Notes under the pieces: model-generated
What the model was told of the DNA's origin: nothing
Seen by the model: only the letters and a program-made list of their open reading frames with translations
Database searches by the model: none
Shown: one piece after another, positions 1 to 9,611 of the stretch
How positions within the stretch are numbered: the first letter of the stretch is position 1
How the letters are laid out: each line of letters opens with the position of its first letter
DNA from: Candidatus Binatia bacterium
GTDB taxonomy: Bacteria; Verrucomicrobiota; Verrucomicrobiia; Limisphaerales; UBA8199
Assembly: GCA_035566895.1 (NCBI GenBank)
Contig: DATMQA010000007.1
Span: forward strand, 54,395-118,394
Direction: 5' to 3'
DNA: 64,000 nucleotides
Made by a program: the position numbers and the translations under genes

Positions 1-1
1 G

Positions 2-799
2 AAACTCAAATCCAAGGAGCACGCGCAGGAGTGGCTCGAGGAAGGCGTGGCCCAGCTTAGCGAGTTTCAATCCAAGCTCTATGCCGGCAACCAGTGGGCC
101 CTGCTGCTGATTTTTCAGGCGATGGACGCCGCGGGCAAGGATGGGACGATCAAACACGTCATGTCGGGCGTCAATCCGCAAGGCTGCCAGGTGGTCTCGT
201 TCAAGGTGCCATCGGAGGAAGACCTGAACCACGATTTTCTCTGGCGCACGACCAAACACCTGCCGGAGCGCGGACGCATCGGCATCTTCAACCGCTCCTA
301 TTATGAGGAGGTCCTGGTGGTGCGCGTGCATCCGGAGCTGTTGGCACGGCAGAAACTGCCGCTGCCGCTGTTGACGAAAGGGATTTGGGAAGAGCGGTTT
401 GAAGACATCAATACTTTTGAGCGGCACCTGGCGCGCAACGGCGTGGTGATTCGCAAATTCTTTCTGCACCTCTCGAAGAAAGAACAACGCCTGCGCCTGC
501 TCAGCCGGCTGGAGGAACCATCCAAGAACTGGAAGTTCTCGCTGGCCGATTTGCAGGAGCGGCGGCGCTGGGATGACTACATGCTGGCCTATGAGGACAT
601 GATCCGGCACACGGCCAATCGCCAGGCGCCGTGGTACGTCGTGCCGGCCGACCACAAATGGTTCACGCGCCTGGTAGTGGCCGAGGTGGTGGTCGAAGCC
701 CTGCAATCGCTAGACCTGAAGTATCCGGAAGTAGGCGCGGCCAAACGGCGCGAGCTGGCCACGGCGCGCAAGGTATTACTCGCAAATAAAGGGAGGTAA
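2..799 (+). CDS. polyphosphate kinase 2 (PPK2) family protein, 5' end outside window
   Basis: The frame is open from base 2 (KLKSKEHAQEWLEEGV...). PPK2 blocks LLIFQAMDAAGKDGTIKHV and GIFNRSYYEEVLVVRVH are present. The ORF track starts it at an internal GTG at 47. Confidence 0.85.
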   Translation, partial: KLKSKEHAQEWLEEGVAQLSEFQSKLYAGNQWALLLIFQAMDAAGKDGTIKHVMSGVNPQGCQVVSFKVPSEEDLNHDFLWRTTKHLPERGRIGIFNRSYYEEVLVVRVHPELLARQKLPLPLLTKGIWEERFEDINTFERHLARNGVVIRKFFLHLSKKEQRLRLLSRLEEPSKNWKFSLADLQERRRWDDYMLAYEDMIRHTANRQAPWYVVPADHKWFTRLVVAEVVVEALQSLDLKYPEVGAAKRRELATARKVLLANKGR

Positions 800-813
800 G
801 AAACCTCCAAAGA

Positions 814-1785
814 TCATTGCTTCACCGCGGCAGGAGGCGAATTCGTTTCCCTGACCGGATGCTCCTTGGCTTCGAGATTGCGGGTCAGTCGTTTTTTGAG
901 GTCGAGGTACATTTCATTGGTGACTGCATTAAGATGAGCGTGGACTTCGGTGAAGCGCCCCGCCATGAGCTTGATGCGCGCAAAATGGATATAGACGCCT
1001 TCGCGCTCGATTTCATCATGAGCCAAATGGAGCGCGTTGGTCCAGGCCTTGAGGGCATCCTCGGTGCGCATGGGCTGGACGCCGTAATAACTTTGCGCCA
1101 CATCCGAGGCGAGCGGAAAATTCTCCGGATCTAGCCGCATGGCATTGCTGTAAAGTTCGAAGGCTTTGGCAAAGACCTGTTCCTCGGTGATGCCGTAGTA
1201 CTCCTTGGCATCCGTCCGGAACAGATACACGGTTGTGCCGAAATTATGATAATAGACCGGCTCGAGCGGATTAAGCTGAATGGCTTTGGTGTAATACTCG
1301 AAGGCCTTTTTGACGGAACCGATGTGGCCGTTGATGTTCGCCAGGTTGTTGTAAATGGCCGGGTTATTGGTATCCACTTCCAGCGCCTTTTCCAACTGCT
1401 CCTGCGCAGCGTCCTCGTCCTTGATGTCCCCCAGGAAGCTGGCGTAGGCCACCCGCGCGCGCGAGTGTTTGGGATGGCGCTGCAGAAAATCCTCATAGGC
1501 CTGGCGCACGGGTTCGAAGCGCTTCTGGATGCGCCGCTTCAGCTCGACCGGAGCCACTCCCGCCCCTTTCTCGGCAAACTCGTTGTTCTCGCGAATCCAC
1601 TGGTCCACCTCCGCCTGGGCGGCGTCGTCATCCGCCATGAGCTTCTGAAATTCTTTTTCAATTGAGTCCTTCGGGTCCGTTGCCGTGATGGAAGGGCCTG
1701 TGGTTTGGGGCGTGAGATTGGTGACCACCGCAGGTTGAGTGGCCGCTATCGTGGCGCCCAGAATACCAATAAGAAGATTGCTCAC
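814..1785 (-). CDS. secreted TPR-repeat protein
   Basis: Hydrophobic N-terminus (LLIGILGATIAA) followed by several TPR-like helix pairs (AIYNNLANINGHIGSVKKAFEYYTKAIQLNP). Confidence 0.7.
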   Translation of the reverse strand: MSNLLIGILGATIAATQPAVVTNLTPQTTGPSITATDPKDSIEKEFQKLMADDDAAQAEVDQWIRENNEFAEKGAGVAPVELKRRIQKRFEPVRQAYEDFLQRHPKHSRARVAYASFLGDIKDEDAAQEQLEKALEVDTNNPAIYNNLANINGHIGSVKKAFEYYTKAIQLNPLEPVYYHNFGTTVYLFRTDAKEYYGITEEQVFAKAFELYSNAMRLDPENFPLASDVAQSYYGVQPMRTEDALKAWTNALHLAHDEIEREGVYIHFARIKLMAGRFTEVHAHLNAVTNEMYLDLKKRLTRNLEAKEHPVRETNSPPAAVKQ

Positions 1786-1868
1786 TAGTGAAGACTAGCA
1801 TTGGGCCGGAGCCATTGCCAATCCCCTTCCAAAACACCAAACCCCAAACACCAAGCTCTAGGAAAACA

Positions 1869-1921
1869 CCAAATTCCAAACTTCAAAAGTCTCCGGTTCG
1901 AGGTTGTCGTTTGGAATTTGG
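1869..1921 (-). terminator. 13-bp perfect stem hairpin immediately after the stop of the 1925..3232 gene
   Basis: CCAAATTCCAAAC (1869-1881) pairs with GTTTGGAATTTGG (1909-1921). On the minus strand the hairpin is followed by UGUUUUCC. The 27-nt loop is long for a classical terminator. Confidence 0.45.
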
Positions 1922-1924
1922 CGT

Positions 1925-3232
1925 TTACTCTCCCACCTTGAGCAGGATGCCTTGACCTGGCATCAACCAGAATCCGTCCTTGGCTATTTCGAAGGAGAGT
2001 AGCGCGCCGTCGACGGCGGATACAAGTTTGAGGTTGGCGCCGCTCGATTTGGTTTTGAGGCTCAGGTTGGCGGAGTGCTCGAGGTTGAGATTGACCAGCA
2101 GGGCGTAGGTTTCGGCGTCACGACCCTTGAACTCGCCCACCATCAGAGGGGACGAGCAAGTAACCGTGTCAATGACCTGCCCCGGCAAGAGCGGCAGGCC
2201 ATCCACAACGGGTGGTGAGGAAAAGAAAACACCCGTCGAGGAAAGCCGGCACAGGACCGGGGCGAGGGCCGCGACCTGCCGGTTCACTTCGCGGAGGCAA
2301 CTCCAGGTCGGGGTCTTGTTTCCGGCGGCATCGATTGGAGCGTACTGGTAGCCGCGTCCATAAAAGGTGTACCAAGTCACGCCGCGAAATCCAGCCGCGA
2401 GCGTGGTGTACGCCTGGAGCAAAAGGTTCGCCGGCGAGGGGATGGGGTGTTTGGGTTGGAGTTGATTGGCGGCGACGATGTGCAGATAGGGCAAATGGTG
2501 CTCCTGGGCGACGCGGCGCACCTCCAGCATATTGCGGAAGTAACTGGCCGCCAAACTGCGGTTCTGCAAATCATCAGAATATTGGACCATATAATTGTCA
2601 TAGCTGAGGAGTTGTGGCTTAACGTCGGCAATGAAGCGTTCGAGGTATTCAGTGTAGTTGGTGGTACCAAGCTGTGACCGGTCCGGCGCGCCCAGAGTTG
2701 CGTAGTCGGGAAACAGGTTGATGTAGGCTAGTTTTCCGGGCGCGTATTTCTTGACTGCCGCGACCGCTTTTCCCAACGCTGGAAAATCGCTGAGGCCTGG
2801 CTCGTCCATAATGAAGTAGCCCCTCAAGGCAATGTTCGAGCCGCCGGCCTTGACCATAGCCCGGATGCGGCTATTGATTTCCTCATCGGCAAGGTTCTTC
2901 CATTCGCTCTGGTACTTCAAAGGGAGCACGCCATCACCGGAAGGAAGCAGAAACGCGCCCAGGCCCAGCTTGCGGCACTTGGGCAGGTGCTTGGGCCGGA
3001 CAAAGCCCGCCATGTTGAAATGGCACTCGGCGATGCTTTCTAACCCGTTGACCTCGGAGTCGTGCGCCTTGCCGTCCCAGCCCTCCAGCGGGTCCCAAGG
3101 CAGGATGGGGAAAAATTCAGGCTGCGTGATGTCGCTGGAAGCCAGCTTGTCGGTTGCCTTCGTCGCTGGAAGGAAAACCAGGAGAATCAGGCCGGCCACA
3201 AGGAGGGTGCGCTTCTTCGGGAGGATTTGCAT
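1925..3232 (-). CDS. secreted hypothetical protein, possibly a glycoside-hydrolase-like TIM barrel
   Basis: 435-aa ORF with a signal peptide (LLVAGLILLVFLPATKA). The segment YFIMDEPG...YINLFPDYA resembles GH-type barrels. No firm family assignment. Confidence 0.55.
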   Translation of the reverse strand: MQILPKKRTLLVAGLILLVFLPATKATDKLASSDITQPEFFPILPWDPLEGWDGKAHDSEVNGLESIAECHFNMAGFVRPKHLPKCRKLGLGAFLLPSGDGVLPLKYQSEWKNLADEEINSRIRAMVKAGGSNIALRGYFIMDEPGLSDFPALGKAVAAVKKYAPGKLAYINLFPDYATLGAPDRSQLGTTNYTEYLERFIADVKPQLLSYDNYMVQYSDDLQNRSLAASYFRNMLEVRRVAQEHHLPYLHIVAANQLQPKHPIPSPANLLLQAYTTLAAGFRGVTWYTFYGRGYQYAPIDAAGNKTPTWSCLREVNRQVAALAPVLCRLSSTGVFFSSPPVVDGLPLLPGQVIDTVTCSSPLMVGEFKGRDAETYALLVNLNLEHSANLSLKTKSSGANLKLVSAVDGALLSFEIAKDGFWLMPGQGILLKVGE

Positions 3233-3350
3233 GGCCTCGTTTTATCACACGCAAATACTGGTGTCACTCGCCGGCTCGGGTCCAAAGAGTAAGCCTGCTG
3301 GCAGGGACGAAGGCGCACTCCACACGCTTCGCGCGGTTTGGTAAGACTGT

Positions 3351-4148
3351 TTACGGAAAGGACTGGATTACCGTCAGGTTGGGAGTTCTTCCCGGGGCGT
3401 TGACGAACAAAATGGGTTGAGTGAGCCTAACCGAGTAAGGTGCGCGGACCGGATAAAGCCCGCCTGGAGCCAGGGGTGGCTGGCTTCGCTGACCCGCGCC
3501 GTTTACCGCATCGTCCGAGACGCCGAGCACAGTTCCCGTCACCTCAATCGGCACGGCAGCCGCAGTGTCGGATGGCACAATCACCAGCCCGGAAGCCTGA
3601 CTTTTTGTTTCATTTTTAGCGTCATCGCCGGAGGGTAAAATCAACGGGAGCGCGGGTTCAAACGGAAGGGATGCGGTGGCGGCCAAGGGTTGCGGGCCCG
3701 AAGCGATCTCGAAGTCATGCTCCATCATGGCCGAAATCGCCTCATCGCAAACGCCCAGGTCGCGCAATTGGACGATCTGGTCGGCGCCCAAATTGAAGGT
3801 GCCCGCGGAATCGATGAAAGAAAGCATTACCCGGTCCGGTATGCCGGCCTGCGCCAGTTTCAGTATTTCTGTAAACCAGACTGAGACATAGGGTTTTGGG
3901 GGCACGGCAGCGCGGTTCACTCCGGCAGCGCCCAGGACAGGGGAAGTTGGTTTTGAAAGCAGTGCCGGCGAAACATTTGGCGCTGGCAGAGTCGCATTAG
4001 TCACCGGCGGCCCGGGGTGCATGGCCCCGGTTACATAGAGAGGGTTGGGCGTCGAGGTGGTCTGCTCCTCTTGGGCCGCGCTGGCGGAAACAATCGCCAA
4101 TGCGAGCACCAGCCCGGGAATCCAGCTTGCCAACATTTGCGTTTTCAT
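3351..4148 (-). CDS. secreted hypothetical protein
   Basis: ORF track 3351..4187. The likely start is ATG at 4148 (MKTQMLASWIPGLVLALAIVSASAAQ, signal peptide). Confidence 0.55.
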   Translation of the reverse strand: MKTQMLASWIPGLVLALAIVSASAAQEEQTTSTPNPLYVTGAMHPGPPVTNATLPAPNVSPALLSKPTSPVLGAAGVNRAAVPPKPYVSVWFTEILKLAQAGIPDRVMLSFIDSAGTFNLGADQIVQLRDLGVCDEAISAMMEHDFEIASGPQPLAATASLPFEPALPLILPSGDDAKNETKSQASGLVIVPSDTAAAVPIEVTGTVLGVSDDAVNGAGQRSQPPLAPGGLYPVRAPYSVRLTQPILFVNAPGRTPNLTVIQSFP

Positions 4149-4260
4149 AATGGCCTCATGCTGCTCTGCGCTGCCCGCTACACCCACTGACTCGAAATCA
4201 CCCGGCCATATTCAAAGTCCCCGTGGACACAGGCTTCGAGTCTTCACGGAGCCAGCCGCT

Positions 4261-5142
4261 TCACTTAGTCTTGGGCTTGGGGGGCTTGGGGGGCGGCGGT
4301 TTGCGAATCTCGGCATCGAACGTGCCGGCGACGAAACTCTTGGACTCGTCCGGCAGGGCGATAAACAGCTTGCCGGTGATGCGGCCATTCGCCGCGGGGC
4401 CAAAGGCTATCTTTAGGGCGTAGCCGTTGGGGATGTTTTGATTAACACCTTTGTTCCGGTCGTCGGTCCAATGCAAGGTGACTTTCGGCAAAGGCGGCAC
4501 GCGCTCCGGGGTTACCTCGAGAGTTTTGCCGCTCAATTCCTCTCCCAGCTTGGCGAAGAAAACAATGTTGATGCGCAAATCCTGCGAAGTTCGGCCCTGG
4601 CGCAGCCCAAGGTTCCCACCCTGCAACGAGGCTCGCTCACAAAGAAACCCGCCGCCGTGAATGCTGCCGGCAGCGACCTCATCCGGCACGATGGCATTGG
4701 TCAGGTCCAGGGTCCAACTCGTGTTGGTTGGAACCGGATGCGTTACCAGAGGCACCGCCGGCTTGGCGGCCAGATCATTCGTCACCTGTGTTGTGGACTT
4801 GGCCGGACCGAAAAGTTTGCCGCGCAACAGGAAAACCGCTCCGCCCACACCCAATAAGCAAACCACCAGCAGAACGGCGGGAACAATCGAATGTCGGCGG
4901 GGGGTGAGAACCCCCGAATCGAACAGCGTTGCCGTTGGCAATGGCCGGGGTTTATCGGCCTGCGCAGCCGAAAGGATAAACTTCGAGTCACCGTCGGTGG
5001 GCGCCTGGGGGACGATGATTTTGCGGAAGCAGGTGGGGCATTCCAATTTGGTCCCGCTCGCGCTGGCGGCAGCGGTGATGTGCTGCCCGCAGTTCGGACA
5101 CGCAAATTTGAATTCGCCCATCGGTTTGGCAAACCATTCCAC
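4261..5142 (-). CDS. zinc-ribbon membrane protein, hypothetical
   Basis: N-terminal CPNCGQ...CPTC zinc ribbon, one TM helix (IVPAVLLVVCLLGVGGAVFLL) and a lysine/proline-rich C-terminus. Confidence 0.6.
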   Translation of the reverse strand: MEWFAKPMGEFKFACPNCGQHITAAASASGTKLECPTCFRKIIVPQAPTDGDSKFILSAAQADKPRPLPTATLFDSGVLTPRRHSIVPAVLLVVCLLGVGGAVFLLRGKLFGPAKSTTQVTNDLAAKPAVPLVTHPVPTNTSWTLDLTNAIVPDEVAAGSIHGGGFLCERASLQGGNLGLRQGRTSQDLRINIVFFAKLGEELSGKTLEVTPERVPPLPKVTLHWTDDRNKGVNQNIPNGYALKIAFGPAANGRITGKLFIALPDESKSFVAGTFDAEIRKPPPPKPPKPKTK

Positions 5143-5254
5143 AGCTAGAGCGGGAGGACAATGATTTTTTGCTCGTCATTGCTGCTCGATATGGAATTGT
5201 AATCGTGGTCGCAATTCGCTGGCGATTACGATTAAGATCACAACCAGGATTACG

Positions 5255-6658
5255 ATGAGCAAAAAGACCTTGTCTGTTTCGCGCAGCGGACGCTTTGCCG
5301 GCGCTCCGGCGGCGGATGTAGCGCAGTTCACTGAATCCGTCTCCTTCGATTGGCGGCTCTGGCGCCACGACCTGGCCGGTTCAATGGCCCATGCGCGGAT
5401 GCTCCAGAAGGCGGGCCTGCTCACGCGCGCCGAATGCCGCGCCATCCTTAAAGGGCTGGAGGGCATCTCGAGGGACATTCAAGCCGGAAAGCTTCGATGG
5501 AAGCCGGAACTCGAGGACGTGCACATGAACATCGAGGCCGAGCTGACCCGCCGTGTGCCCGCCGGCGCGAAGCTCCACACGGGACGCTCGCGCAACGACC
5601 AGGTGGCGCTGGATCTGCGGCTGTGGCTGCGCGCCGAGATTTCGGAGTTTCTGGAAGAGATTCGAGCTCTCCAAAACGCGCTGGTCGCCTTGGGCCTGCG
5701 CGAGAGCGAAGTCCTCATCCCTGGCTATACGCATCTTCAGCGGGCGCAGCCGGTTTATCTGGCACACCACCTCCTCGCGTATGTCGAGATGCTGGCCCGG
5801 GATGGCGAGCGGCTGCAACAGGCCAGCGCCCGCACCAACGTGTGCCCGCTCGGCGCCGGCGCCCTGGCCGGCTCGACGCTGCCGCTTGATCGCGAGTCGG
5901 TCGCCCGCTCGCTCGATTTCATTGATCCAAAAGGGCGGGTCCAGGTGGCGCAGAATTCGATGGACGCGGTCAGCGACCGTGATTTCGTCGTCGAGTTTTG
6001 CAGCCACGCCGCTCTGTTAGCGGTGCATCTCTCCCGGCTGGCCGAAGACCTGGTGCTGTGGTCCAGCAGCGAGTTCAACTTCATAAAAATCGACGATGCC
6101 TACACGACGGGGTCCTCGCTCATGCCGCAAAAGAAGAACCCGGATGTCGCCGAACTGGCGCGCGGCAAAAGCGCCCGCGTCATTGGCAATTTGGTCGCGT
6201 TGCTGACGCTGCTGAAGGGATTGCCGATGACTTACAATCGCGATTTACAGGAGGACAAGGAGCGGTTGTTCGATACGGCCGATACAGTGCGGGCGACCGT
6301 TCGCATCTGCACGGCAATGTTGCAGCACACCCGTGCCAATCGCGACGCCTGCCTGGCCGCCGCCCGGGACCCCGCGCTGTTGGCGACAGACCTGGCCGAT
6401 TACCTGGTGCGCAAAGGCGTGCCCTTCCGCCAGGCGCACCACTCCGTCGGCTCACTGGTCGCGCTGGCGGAGCGGTTGGGCAAACGATTGAATCAACTCA
6501 CGCTGCGCGAATTTCAGTCGGTCGAAAAGAAGTTCGCTGCCGATGCCTTGCAAATCTTCGACCTGAAGAAAGCGATGGCTCGGCGAAAGCTAACCGGCGC
6601 TCCCGGAACCGCGGAGGTCAAAAAGCAATTGGCTCGGTGGAAGAAGATTCTGCGGTGA
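5255..6658 (+). CDS. argH: argininosuccinate lyase
   Basis: Full-length 467-aa match to the ArgH pattern (GRF...FTESVSFDWRL, HTGRSRNDQV, GSSLMPQKKNPD signature). Confidence 0.95.
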   Translation: MSKKTLSVSRSGRFAGAPAADVAQFTESVSFDWRLWRHDLAGSMAHARMLQKAGLLTRAECRAILKGLEGISRDIQAGKLRWKPELEDVHMNIEAELTRRVPAGAKLHTGRSRNDQVALDLRLWLRAEISEFLEEIRALQNALVALGLRESEVLIPGYTHLQRAQPVYLAHHLLAYVEMLARDGERLQQASARTNVCPLGAGALAGSTLPLDRESVARSLDFIDPKGRVQVAQNSMDAVSDRDFVVEFCSHAALLAVHLSRLAEDLVLWSSSEFNFIKIDDAYTTGSSLMPQKKNPDVAELARGKSARVIGNLVALLTLLKGLPMTYNRDLQEDKERLFDTADTVRATVRICTAMLQHTRANRDACLAAARDPALLATDLADYLVRKGVPFRQAHHSVGSLVALAERLGKRLNQLTLREFQSVEKKFAADALQIFDLKKAMARRKLTGAPGTAEVKKQLARWKKILR

Positions 6659-7238
6659 TGGAGACGGCCGCATTCAAGAAGCGCATCATGCTGTCGCCGT
6701 GTTTGAGAACTTTCTGTTCCCGCCACCACGCCGGAATGCTTAGTGTATCGCGTTTGGTGTGGCCCAGCACCAACAATCCGCCGGAGGTCAGCAACCGGGG
6801 AAGCCGCGAATCGTCGAGCACTTGTTGGGCGAACGAGGTCGAGCGGCGCCCGATGTTCTTTTCCCCGTAGGGCGGGTCGGCCAAAATCAAATCAAACTGG
6901 GCCGCGGCCGCCGCAAGCTGAGCGATGGCCACAAAAGCGTCCTGCACCCGCACCTGCAACAACGCCGGCGGAAACCCTGCCACTTGGAAATTCTCGCGCA
7001 GAATTTCGGCGTGGCGATTTGATTTCTCGACGCAAACCGCCGAGACCGCACCGCGGCTTAGACCTTCCAGGCTCAGCGCTCCCGTGCCGGCAAACAATTC
7101 CAGCACGCGCGCTCCCGCCACCCGCGCACCCAGGCTGTTGAAAACCGCCTGCTTCACAAGGTCCGGCGTAGGGCGCACCTCGAGACCCTTCGGCACTTTC
7201 AAAATTCGCCGAGCCGCTTTTCCACCGGTGATGCGCAT
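6618..7238 (-). CDS. rsmD: 16S rRNA (guanine966-N2)-methyltransferase
   Basis: MRITGGKAARR..RPTPD.VKQAVFN, ELFAGTGALSLEGLSRGA and the DPPYG motif. Confidence 0.85.
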   Translation of the reverse strand: MRITGGKAARRILKVPKGLEVRPTPDLVKQAVFNSLGARVAGARVLELFAGTGALSLEGLSRGAVSAVCVEKSNRHAEILRENFQVAGFPPALLQVRVQDAFVAIAQLAAAAAQFDLILADPPYGEKNIGRRSTSFAQQVLDDSRLPRLLTSGGLLVLGHTKRDTLSIPAWWREQKVLKHGDSMMRFLNAAVSITAESSSTEPIAF

Positions 7239-7247
7239 AGCATTATC

Positions 7248-7328
7248 TTGTTACAAGGTTACTAGGTTACATTGTCATAGTGGTACTTGTCCCTATGTAA
7301 CCATGTAACGTTGTAACTTTGTAACCAT
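7248..7328. repeat. inverted arrays of 8-bp-period GTTAC / GTAAC words forming a roughly 23-bp imperfect hairpin
   Basis: GTTAC at 7250, 7258 and 7266. GTAAC at 7297, 7305, 7313 and 7321. Arms 7250-7272 and 7295-7317 are complementary at 20 of 23 positions. Confidence 0.8.
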
Positions 7329-7340
7329 GGAACCTGTATT

Positions 7341-9521
7341 TCAAAAACTCACGCGCAACTCGCGTGGACTTGCCTCATTGGCGAAACGGAGCAGAAGCAA
7401 ATGGTCGGCGGCGGAGTAGTCGGGATTGTCCAACGGCCGGCCGGCCAGGGTCACCGAGCGCGGAACTCGGGTCGCACGAATCAAAACGACTGCCGGCGTG
7501 TCGGCTACCCCTTCGACCATCATCGAGAGCGCCTGTGATTCGCTCTTGAGCGGCAGAGCTTTGCAGGCTGAGACCAACACGCGCGGGCGGGTGTCACGGG
7601 CCTGCTCCAAATCGAGCAGAAAACAACGCGTGCCGGGCATGAGCGTCACGTTGGTGCGGACCTGCAAGTCGGCGTCGAACAAATTGACGAAATTTCCTTG
7701 CAGCACCTTCGCCGCGCCGGGAACCGATTCCTCCAGGCCGGCCGCCAGCAGATACGGTCCGCGCCGCAGCAGCAGGTAGTTGGTCTCGCGCCAGTTCAGG
7801 TGCGTTGCGACCGCCGCTTCTTTAGCAGTTCCAAGCAAGCGCAGGTCGCCTTCCGGACTGGTGGCCAATCGGGCCGGGTTCTCCCGCAACCAAACGACAA
7901 ACCCTTTTCCAACCTTCATCGGTTTTCCATCCGCGGCGAAGCTCTTTTCATTGAGCCCGAGCTGCTCGAACAGATGCTCGCGCGGGGTGGCGTAGTGGTG
8001 TCCGCCGCTGTTCCACCATTCCTGGACACGATTGCAAGCATCGGAATCATCATCCACGACGACCAACGCGCCGCCGCGTTTGACCCAATCGGCCAGCGGC
8101 GCGTGCACCTCGGCGCTCAGCGGTTTCATCCCCTGATAGGTGAGCAGCAGCAGGTGAAACGGCTCGAGATAACGAGGAACAGTCAGGTTCTCGAGTTGGA
8201 CCGGGGTGACCGGCATGCCCCGTTTGAGCAACGGCAAGGCCAGGCCATAAATGTGGCTGAGATGCAGATCGCTCGAAGCCGGCTCGCCCCGCTCGAACAT
8301 CAATGAATCGCTCACCAACACGCCCAGGCCGCTGGTGCCGCAGTCCCATTGGACGCGTGGCTGGTTCATATCGTTGAGCGCGTTCATGACGGTTTGCAAT
8401 TCGGTGGCGTAGGCAGGCGGAATGGATTGGCGGGCTCCAGGCTCGGCCCGGCGCGGGTATCGGCCCCGAAAAATGCGCTCCGGCCACGGGGCGACTTCAT
8501 AACGCCAGACCTCCGGTTGCAGCAGCGAGGCCACCAGGGTGGATTCCCAGTTGCGGCGGTAGTCGGCCCAATCATGGTTGGGATTGTCTTCGATCGGGTC
8601 GTTCAGATACCAGACCTGGCGGCCCGTGGAGCGGACCAGGTTCTGCATCGCGCCATATTCGAGGAAAGCCGTTTCGAAGGTGCGCTCGCGAAGCTGCCCC
8701 CGATACAGGTTGGGCGTGCGCGCGGTCCCAGTCCAGACCTGCGCAATGTAACCGTCGCATCCCTCCAGCCGCGCCAGGCTCGATTCCGGGCTGACGATGT
8801 GCCACTGGGCGTAGTTAATCAGGCTGTGGGTCGGGACGTAACAGCGGACATGGCGGCCCGTGCGGCGGTTGAAATCTTGCACGTAATCAAACACCTGCTG
8901 TAGAGCGCGGCGGTAGAGGAAGTATTTGAGCTTCGAAGCGCGCCACTGCGCATCCACCGAGCTGTGCGGCGGCTGCCACTCGCTGCCGTAATAATTCCGC
9001 CATTCGCGTTTGAAAGCGGCCTCGTAACCGTCCTGGACCCAGAACTCGGGTTCCTCGAGGTGAACCGCTTCGGCGCCGGCCTCCAGCGCCTGCTGGATGC
9101 CCACGCACAGGAATTTTCCATAATTGGTGCCGGGGCACATGTAGAAGACGTCCGAACTCTCGCCATGGCGGTGCGGGTTGCCGTTGCGCTCGGTCTGGAT
9201 TTCGTCCTCGTGATTGACCCCATCAAACCGGCCATAGAGATAATCCTGGTATTGTCCCCAGGCGACGCCCGTCATAACGTGGACCCTATAGCCATGGTCG
9301 CGCCAAGAGTTGATGCGGTCCGGGAGTTTGGGGCCAATGCCGTAAGCGATGGCGACATCCGAGCGCAGGTTGGCCCGGCCACTCCACGGCTGGCTGGTTT
9401 GGAAGCACGTGCGCTCGAGGGCCTGCTGCGGGTCGGCCGGCAATGCCAGAGGCGACTCGGCGGCCAAAGTTGGAAAGGCGGCGAACAGGACCCAGGGTAG
9501 AATGCGCAACGAGCAAAGCAT
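7341..9521 (-). CDS. large secreted hypothetical protein
   Basis: ORF track 7341..9560. The likely start is ATG at 9521 (MLCSLRILPWVLFAAFPTLAA, signal peptide). No family recognised. Confidence 0.6.
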   Translation of the reverse strand: MLCSLRILPWVLFAAFPTLAAESPLALPADPQQALERTCFQTSQPWSGRANLRSDVAIAYGIGPKLPDRINSWRDHGYRVHVMTGVAWGQYQDYLYGRFDGVNHEDEIQTERNGNPHRHGESSDVFYMCPGTNYGKFLCVGIQQALEAGAEAVHLEEPEFWVQDGYEAAFKREWRNYYGSEWQPPHSSVDAQWRASKLKYFLYRRALQQVFDYVQDFNRRTGRHVRCYVPTHSLINYAQWHIVSPESSLARLEGCDGYIAQVWTGTARTPNLYRGQLRERTFETAFLEYGAMQNLVRSTGRQVWYLNDPIEDNPNHDWADYRRNWESTLVASLLQPEVWRYEVAPWPERIFRGRYPRRAEPGARQSIPPAYATELQTVMNALNDMNQPRVQWDCGTSGLGVLVSDSLMFERGEPASSDLHLSHIYGLALPLLKRGMPVTPVQLENLTVPRYLEPFHLLLLTYQGMKPLSAEVHAPLADWVKRGGALVVVDDDSDACNRVQEWWNSGGHHYATPREHLFEQLGLNEKSFAADGKPMKVGKGFVVWLRENPARLATSPEGDLRLLGTAKEAAVATHLNWRETNYLLLRRGPYLLAAGLEESVPGAAKVLQGNFVNLFDADLQVRTNVTLMPGTRCFLLDLEQARDTRPRVLVSACKALPLKSESQALSMMVEGVADTPAVVLIRATRVPRSVTLAGRPLDNPDYSAADHLLLLRFANEASPRELRVSF

Positions 9522-9611
9522 GGGAATTGGATGGCCCAAAGGGAGAACGCATTCAAGCATTCATTCAACAGCCCTGTTGACGCTCTTGGTTCAACCTGCG
9601 ACGTTTAGCCC

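Noticed and set aside
6618-6658. 41-bp convergent overlap of the argH and rsmD 3' ends as a possible antisense regulatory feature
   Set aside because: The overlap is most simply explained by a slightly extended, non-conserved RsmD C-terminus in a stop-poor GC-rich frame. No additional structure was seen.
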